DNA from: Dysgonamonadaceae bacterium
GTDB taxonomy: Bacteria > Bacteroidota > Bacteroidia > Bacteroidales > Dysgonomonadaceae
Direction: 5' to 3'
DNA: 64,000 bases
Assembly (NCBI GenBank): GCA_031272205.1
Contig: JAISUH010000003.1
Span: 23,928-87,927 of the forward strand
Shown here piece by piece: positions 58,286-64,000 of the stretch. The notes beneath the pieces are model-generated. The model was given only the letters and a program-made list of their open reading frames with translations, was not told the DNA's origin and ran no database searches. Numbering within the stretch: position 1 is the stretch's first letter; the number at the start of each line of letters is the position of its first letter. Position numbers and translations under genes: made by a program.

Positions 58286-58369
58286 TAGCTTTTTTTATTA
58301 GCTAAAAAATAAAACAAGCCTAATTTCTATTTTTTTTGCAAAAATTCTTCATTTCAAGCGATTTTAACG

Positions 58370-58377
58370 TAGTTTTG
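58370..58377 (+). promoter_or_regulatory. -7 box TAGTTTTG upstream of mutY
   Basis: 20 nt upstream of the ATG at 58397. Confidence 0.45.
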
Positions 58378-58396
58378 TACATAAAATCGACGATAT

Positions 58397-59467
58397 ATGA
58401 CAAACGACGATAGAGAAAATCATCCCATAAGCATACTTTTACAACGCTGGTATTCACAAAACAAACGGGAATTGCCGTGGAGAGAAACGTTCGACCCGTA
58501 CAAAATCTGGATATCGGAAATTATCTTGCAGCAGACACGAATCGATCAGGGAATGGACTATTACCTGCGTTTTATCGTGCAGTATCCCGATGTCTTGTCG
58601 CTCGCCGCCGCGTCCGAAACCGACGTGTTGAAACTCTGGCAGGGTCTCGGTTATTATTCCCGCGCAAGAAACCTGCACGCCGCGGCAAAACAAATCGAAG
58701 ATCGATTTATGGGGAAATTCCCGACAAGCTACGACGATATTCTTTCGTTGAAGGGTATCGGCGAATATACGGCCGCCGCCATTGCTTCCATCGCTTACAA
58801 CCAGCCTTATGCCGTAGTGGACGGCAATGTTTATCGCGTACTGTCGCGCTTGTTCTCCATAGCCACGCCGATAAATTCCACTGAGGGCAAAAAAATTTTC
58901 GCCGCTACGGCACAGTCGATTCTCGATCCTCGGCATGCCGCAGCGCACAATCAGGCCCTGATGGATTTGGGGGCAACGGTCTGTACGCCCAAACTGACAA
59001 AATGCGGCGTCTGTCCGCTGCAACCGGTGTGCCTTGCCTGCGAACGGAAAGAGGTGGAACATTTTCCCGTGAAAACCATAAAAACGACCGTAAAAAACAG
59101 GTATTTCCACTACTTCCACATTATTAACAGGGGTTACATCTGGATTCGTGAACGCAGAGAAAAAGACATCTGGAAAAACCTGTACGAATTTCCTTTAATT
59201 GAAACCGATATCCCGATGGATCTCGCGGAACTGCAAAAAACAAAAGCTTTCCGAAATTTGTTTTCGCAAGTTACAAACCCCGTTTTCAGCGCCCCGTATC
59301 AAACCATACACAAACTTTCGCACCGTAACATTTTTGCGTCTATTTACCGCGTAACGCTTAGCGGGAAACAGGATGAGTTGCCCTGTCCCAACTTAAAAAT
59401 CTCCGAAAACAGGTTGCCGGAATATCCCATATCGCAATTGATTCATAAATATTTAAAAACAATTTAA
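58397..59467 (+). CDS. mutY: A/G-specific adenine DNA glycosylase
   Basis: HhH-GPD core (WQGLGYYSRARNLH), a 4Fe-4S cluster loop (CTPKLTKCGVCPLQPVC), and a NUDIX-like C-terminal domain. Confidence 0.93.
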   Translation: MTNDDRENHPISILLQRWYSQNKRELPWRETFDPYKIWISEIILQQTRIDQGMDYYLRFIVQYPDVLSLAAASETDVLKLWQGLGYYSRARNLHAAAKQIEDRFMGKFPTSYDDILSLKGIGEYTAAAIASIAYNQPYAVVDGNVYRVLSRLFSIATPINSTEGKKIFAATAQSILDPRHAAAHNQALMDLGATVCTPKLTKCGVCPLQPVCLACERKEVEHFPVKTIKTTVKNRYFHYFHIINRGYIWIRERREKDIWKNLYEFPLIETDIPMDLAELQKTKAFRNLFSQVTNPVFSAPYQTIHKLSHRNIFASIYRVTLSGKQDELPCPNLKISENRLPEYPISQLIHKYLKTI

Positions 59468-59498
59468 GAAAAAATATTGCACAACAAAAAAATATTCG

Positions 59499-59506
59499 TA
59501 CATTTG
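59499..59506 (+). promoter_or_regulatory. -7 box TACATTTG upstream of ssb
   Basis: 38 nt upstream of the ATG at 59544. Confidence 0.45.
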
Positions 59507-59543
59507 TTGTTGACTCAAACTTTAATCCAAAATTATAAGAATT

Positions 59544-59990
59544 ATGTCGGTAAATAAAGTTATTTTAGTAGGAAACGTAGGAAAAGACCCTGAAATCAAG
59601 TACTTTGACAACGACAACGCGAAAGCGAATTTCCCGTTGGCTACAAGTGAAAGAGGCTATACAGCCGCTAACGGCACTCAAGTACCTGAGAGGACAGAAT
59701 GGCACAATATTGTGTGCTGGAGAGGATTGGCTCAAATCGTAGAGAAATTTGTAAGGAAAGGCTCTCAATTATACATTGAGGGAAAAATCCGTACCCGTTC
59801 TTACGACGACCAAAACGGAATCAAACGGTATATTACCGAAATTTTTGCCGACAACATTGAATTGCTCAACCGTAAAAGCGCTGAAAATGCAGGCGTTGGT
59901 GGAGCAAATCCGGTTGTCGAAAAACCCGAATCGCCGGATGCCACATTTTCGAGTAACGAAAATTCAGGCGTTGATGATTTGCCTTTTTAA
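59544..59990 (+). CDS. ssb: Single-stranded DNA-binding protein
   Basis: OB fold MSVNKVILVGNVGKDPE...TEWHNIV and an acidic tail ending DDLPF. Confidence 0.95.
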   Translation: MSVNKVILVGNVGKDPEIKYFDNDNAKANFPLATSERGYTAANGTQVPERTEWHNIVCWRGLAQIVEKFVRKGSQLYIEGKIRTRSYDDQNGIKRYITEIFADNIELLNRKSAENAGVGGANPVVEKPESPDATFSSNENSGVDDLPF

Positions 59991-60001
59991 ATAAATCATC
60001 G

Positions 60002-60009
60002 TACTTTTG
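60002..60009 (+). promoter_or_regulatory. -7 box TACTTTTG upstream of the gldE-like gene
   Basis: TAnnTTTG match 79 nt upstream of the TTG start at 60088. Confidence 0.35.
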
Positions 60010-60087
60010 CAGGGAATGTTTTAGTTCTTACCTCATTGAGCGGAAAGGGCTAAGACATTCCCTTTTGTTTCACTAAATTTACAGCAC

Positions 60088-61431
60088 TTGGACCCTGACC
60101 CTTATTCTCATCTGCTTTCAATTGTGTTGGCCGCAGCGCCTCTGCCGTCGGACTGTCTGTTGTTTGCTCTGCTTATCATCCTTATTTTATTGAACGCCGT
60201 CGTTTCCGGGTCGGAAGTCGCTTTTTTCTCCCTTGGCGAAAAAGGTGCGGAAGATGCCCGCTCCGGTGTGCGTGAAAAAGACAATCCTGTTTCGCAGTTC
60301 GTTGAAAACCCCGAAAAGTTGCTCGCTTCTATCATCATTGTATATAATGTATTGAATGTTGCAATTATCGCCCTCGTTTTTTACCTGTCGGAACGCTTCT
60401 TTCCTTTCCAAGTGAACAGAACCATGCAGGTGGCGTTGGAGTTGGTTTTTGCCGTTTCCATCGTGCTTCTTTTCGTAGAAATCACACCCAAATTCTTGGC
60501 ACGTAACAATCCGGCGCGTTTTACCGAACGGTTTGCCCGATTCATACGGATATTGAATACCGCAATGTCTCCCTTTTCTTCACTGTTGGTACATTCTACA
60601 AACATTTTCAGTAAATCGTTCATTCAGCGCAAGCACGAAATATCGATGGACGATTTGTCGAAAGCCCTCGAAATCACGTCAAACGAGATGGCGCACGAGC
60701 AGGAAATAGACATGCTTGAAGGTATCATCCGCTTCAAAGACAAAACGGTGGATGACATCCTCATTACGCGCAGCGATATGGTAGCGCTCGATCTTCAAAC
60801 ACCTTTCAGAGAAGTTGTTCATTTCATCATCGATGCCGGATATTCGCGGATTCCGGTTTACGAAGAAAATCCCGACAACATCAAAGGAATCCTCTATGTG
60901 AAAGATTTGCTGCCGCACCTCAATAAATTGGACTCTTTCCGCTGGCAATCGCTTGTCAGACAGGCCTATTTTGTGCCTTCCACAAAACGAATCGATGATT
61001 TGTTGGAAGAATTTCGCGCCAACAAAAACCACATGGCTATTGTGGTGGATGAATATGGCGGGACAATGGGGCTGCTAACGATGGAAGACATCCTCGAAGA
61101 AATTGTAGGCGACATCAGCGACGAGTATGACGAAGAAACCAAATGCTACACCCTTGCTCCAGACGGCTCTTATCTTTTCGAAGGGAAAACGACCCTCGAA
61201 GAATTTATCAAAATAACGGGCGTTCCCGAATCGGATTTCGAAGCGATTGCCGAAGATGTGGACACCCTTGCGGGCTTGATGCTGGAAGTGAAAGGCGATT
61301 TCCCGAAACGCAAAGAAGTCGTTTTGTACAAACATTATACCTTTCAGACGGAGGAAATGAACAAACGCCGCATCGTGAAAGTGCGGTTCGTTCCGCCGAA
61401 AAAGGGGAATGGAACGATTCCAAATAGTTGA
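60088..61431 (+). CDS. CNNM/CorC-HlyC family membrane protein (GldE-like: DUF21 + CBS pair + CorC_HlyC)
   Basis: The N-terminal TM domain includes NAVVSGSEVAFFSL, followed by a CBS pair and a C-terminal transporter-associated domain. The start is an apparent TTG and is uncertain. Confidence 0.85.
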   Translation: MDPDPYSHLLSIVLAAAPLPSDCLLFALLIILILLNAVVSGSEVAFFSLGEKGAEDARSGVREKDNPVSQFVENPEKLLASIIIVYNVLNVAIIALVFYLSERFFPFQVNRTMQVALELVFAVSIVLLFVEITPKFLARNNPARFTERFARFIRILNTAMSPFSSLLVHSTNIFSKSFIQRKHEISMDDLSKALEITSNEMAHEQEIDMLEGIIRFKDKTVDDILITRSDMVALDLQTPFREVVHFIIDAGYSRIPVYEENPDNIKGILYVKDLLPHLNKLDSFRWQSLVRQAYFVPSTKRIDDLLEEFRANKNHMAIVVDEYGGTMGLLTMEDILEEIVGDISDEYDEETKCYTLAPDGSYLFEGKTTLEEFIKITGVPESDFEAIAEDVDTLAGLMLEVKGDFPKRKEVVLYKHYTFQTEEMNKRRIVKVRFVPPKKGNGTIPNS

Positions 61432-61443
61432 TTTGTTAACAGG

Positions 61444-62073
61444 ATGTTGGTTCGCGACGAACATATAGATAAAGACGGTAAATTGGGCATCTGGAAAATA
61501 GAAGAACCGCCCGACGAGCTGTTGCAGCTTTTCCCCGAATCGTTGCGAAGCCGCGCTGCATCGCACATCGAAAACCTCCGATCCGAAAAACGAGTTACAG
61601 AATGGCTGTCCACACGGCTGCTCTTGCTGCAACTGCTAAACGAGGATAAAATTGTCCACCACCATCGCAACGGACAGCCCTATCTGACCGACCAATCGTA
61701 TCGCATCAGCATATCCCACACCAACAATTATGCGGCAATTCTGTTGCACCCTTTCCGAAAAGTGGGCATTGACGTGGAATATCGCTCCGAAAGAGTCGCC
61801 AAGATTTCTTCGAAATTCATTTCTCCAGAAGAATTTGTCGATGAGTCGCAAAAACTGCTTCACCAAACGCTGCTATGGTCGGCCAAAGAAACGCTGTTTA
61901 AAATTATCGGCGAAGATGCCATCGATTTCCGCTGCCACCTTCACATTCACCCGTTTAGTCCCCAAAGCCAAGGCGTAATGACCGCATCGGAAACAAAAAC
62001 ACCGGAGAGGCGTCTGTTTGAAGTCCATTACGAAGTTTTTCCCGAATACGTGCTGACTTGGGCAGTAGCATAA
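61444..62073 (+). CDS. 4'-phosphopantetheinyl transferase superfamily protein
   Basis: 209 aa. ISISHTNNYAA and GIDVEY motifs, plus WSAKETLFK. Confidence 0.8.
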   Translation: MLVRDEHIDKDGKLGIWKIEEPPDELLQLFPESLRSRAASHIENLRSEKRVTEWLSTRLLLLQLLNEDKIVHHHRNGQPYLTDQSYRISISHTNNYAAILLHPFRKVGIDVEYRSERVAKISSKFISPEEFVDESQKLLHQTLLWSAKETLFKIIGEDAIDFRCHLHIHPFSPQSQGVMTASETKTPERRLFEVHYEVFPEYVLTWAVA

Positions 62074-62091
62074 AAAACGCAAAGAAAAGAG

Positions 62092-63249
62092 TTATCGCGA
62101 GAAATTAATTTTTTGTATCGGTTCTACGCCGATACCGGAGCGGTCGGAAGCGATAATTTTCCCGCTTTCGAGCTTCGCGCCCTCAAAACAATCGTTTCCA
62201 ATAAGCAGAGCGCCGTCCAAATCGGCAAAATCCAAACCCGACGAGAGTTGCGCCGCCGCCGATATGGCGCAGGATGTTTCTGTCATGCACCCTATCATCA
62301 CTTGCATACCCAGTGCACGGGCAAAATTGCGCATTTTCCACGCTTCGCGCATGCCGGTACATTTCATCAGTTTGATGTTGATGCCCGAAAATGCGCCTTT
62401 CATTCGCTCCACGTCGTGCAAGCGTTGCACCGATTCGTCGGCGAAGATGGGCAGGGGGCTTTGCTCCGTGAGCCATGCGATGTCGTCGAGAGCGTATTTC
62501 GACATCGGCTGTTCCACCATCACGATGCCTTTTTCTTTCAACCAGTGAATCATGTCCAACGCATGGCGTTTGTCTTTCCATCCTTGGTTGGCATCCACGG
62601 CTAAGGGCAAATCCGTTACGGAACGGATAGTCTCGATCATGCGCTTGTCGTCGGGGCCGCCGACCTTCACTTTCAGGATGTTGAACCGTCCCAAGGCTTC
62701 GCGCGTCTTCTCGCGGATAACTTCGTCGTCGGGATCGATACCAATAGTGAAGGTCGTGTCGGGAGCTTTACGCTTGTCCAAACCGTACATTTTGTACCAC
62801 GGTGCGCCGATCATTTTTCCCAACAAATCGTGTAGCGCAATATCCACCGCCGCTTTTGCCGCCGTGTTGTTGATGGCGATGCTATCGACATATTCCAAGA
62901 TCTCCTCCAAATTAGCGGGATCCGAAAAGGCCGACAGATCTATTTTTTTCAGAAAATCGATAACCGAAGCCTGTGTCTCTCCCAAATAGGGGGGGAGCGA
63001 CGCCTCACCGTAACCGGCAAGTCCGTCGTATTCGATTTTTGTGAGTACCACAGGCGTCGTTTTTCGCGAAAAACCGGAAATGGTAAACGTATGGTTGAGT
63101 TGCAGGTCGTAAGGAGTCCACGTAAGTTTCATTTTGCCCGATATATTGGTTGATTTTTTGGGTTGTTGAGCAACAGACGGCAAGGCCGGAACGGCTATCG
63201 CCGCAGCTGCCACAGCCGATGATTTGATGAATTGACGACGGTTTTGCAT
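62092..63249 (-). CDS. Dipeptide epimerase of the enolase superfamily (L-Ala-D/L-Glu epimerase-like) with a twin-arginine-type signal
   Basis: MQNRRQFIKSSAVAAAAIAVPA is a Tat-like signal. Enolase-superfamily barrel text KVKVG..., VDANQGW, and EQP follows. Confidence 0.8.
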   Translation of the reverse strand: MQNRRQFIKSSAVAAAAIAVPALPSVAQQPKKSTNISGKMKLTWTPYDLQLNHTFTISGFSRKTTPVVLTKIEYDGLAGYGEASLPPYLGETQASVIDFLKKIDLSAFSDPANLEEILEYVDSIAINNTAAKAAVDIALHDLLGKMIGAPWYKMYGLDKRKAPDTTFTIGIDPDDEVIREKTREALGRFNILKVKVGGPDDKRMIETIRSVTDLPLAVDANQGWKDKRHALDMIHWLKEKGIVMVEQPMSKYALDDIAWLTEQSPLPIFADESVQRLHDVERMKGAFSGINIKLMKCTGMREAWKMRNFARALGMQVMIGCMTETSCAISAAAQLSSGLDFADLDGALLIGNDCFEGAKLESGKIIASDRSGIGVEPIQKINFSR

Positions 63250-63314
63250 TTTTCTGATTGAAATTTAAAGAGTTATTGTTTACGTGAAATTCTAAATGTA
63301 TTTTTATCCGATTT

Positions 63315-64000
63315 TTATTGATAAAATTCATTTTCCCGAATCTCATCTATTCCTTTGGTATTCACCGCTCCGATAATGCGTTTCGAGCGCAAATAGCGCT
63401 TTGTGTTGTATTCGTCATAAAGGGCATCGTCCGGATTGAAACTGCTGATGCGAATGTAATCCGAAGCGTGGATAAAGCGTTTGTCGCCTATATAAATACC
63501 GACATGTACCACACGTTCCTTAGGATTTTCGGCATTGGGTTTCGTCCCGAAGAACATCAGGTCTCCCTGTTGCAAGCCTTCAAATGTTCCGTCGGGATCT
63601 GCGTCGATTCCGTATTTTACTTGCTGCGAGGCGTCCCGTGCCAAAATAATTCCGTTCAGGAAATAGACCGTTTTGGTAAATCCGCTGCAATCGACCCCTT
63701 TGGTGGATGTGCCGCCCCAAAAATAAGGCACGCCTTTGAATCGGCAGGCGGTCGATACGATGTTTTCTCCGGTCAATTCGATGCTTTTCAACCAATCTTT
63801 TTCTCTCGCGGCATCCCGTTTGACAATATATGCTTCGCGGCCGTCGGGATATACAACGTGAAAATAATTACCCGAAACTCTTTTCAACGCCAGCCTGTCG
63901 CCTGCTACCAAATCCGAAACGGGTTGTGCGTCGAGATCGGGCTTTTCGTAAGATCTTGCGTAAAACGATGTGATTACAATTTGGGGAGTTGACAGATGCG
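63315..64000 (-). CDS. NlpC/P60 (C40) peptidase with an SH3-like N-terminal region (5' end outside the window)
   Basis: Catalytic GVDCSGF and HVGIYIG...FIHAS. My hand translation shows the frame stays open past the TTG at 63911 to the window edge. Confidence 0.85.
   Translation of the reverse strand, partial: HLSTPQIVITSFYARSYEKPDLDAQPVSDLVAGDRLALKRVSGNYFHVVYPDGREAYIVKRDAAREKDWLKSIELTGENIVSTACRFKGVPYFWGGTSTKGVDCSGFTKTVYFLNGIILARDASQQVKYGIDADPDGTFEGLQQGDLMFFGTKPNAENPKERVVHVGIYIGDKRFIHASDYIRISSFNPDDALYDEYNTKRYLRSKRIIGAVNTKGIDEIRENEFYQ

Overview
This is a chromosomal segment from a Bacteroidota, probably Bacteroidales-like, organism. Supporting evidence: a SusC/SusD pair, a hybrid two-component regulator with an AraC tail, a GldE-like gene, tandem OmpH/Skp genes after bamA, and TAnnTTTG -7 boxes correctly placed upstream of about 19 genes. 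Most of the window is conserved housekeeping: dnaE-trxA, guaB, polA, ispB-like, comF-recX-prmC, ribD, uppS-bamA-skp-skp, tRNA-Pro and tRNA-Gly, purL, rng, hup, mutY-ssb-gldE-like, and a dipeptide epimerase with an NlpC/P60 peptidase. There are two accessory regions. The first is a roughly 19 kb polysaccharide utilization locus (27967-47113) containing a GH78 rhamnosidase, a GH99-like lipoprotein of unknown family, SusC/D, two esterase-type proteins, a discoidin-domain lipoprotein, a TIM-barrel isomerase and a divergent HTCS regulator. The second is a small AT-rich islet (about 48386-49896) between dprA and a thioesterase operon. The islet is the most interesting part. It carries a secreted 298-aa protein of unknown function followed by an ORF that falls below the ORF-track length cut-off. 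That ORF encodes a 54-aa peptide with a double-glycine leader and four Cys in the core (bacteriocin/bacteroidetocin-like) and has its own terminator. The islet appears to be driven by a promoter whose -33/-7 spacer is a G9 homopolymer. A second sub-cut-off ORF between hup and rng encodes a 31-aa Lys/Arg-rich peptide resembling ribosomal protein bS22. No CRISPR array, transposase, integrase or recognisable defence system was seen. All family calls come from reading motifs by eye; no database search was possible.
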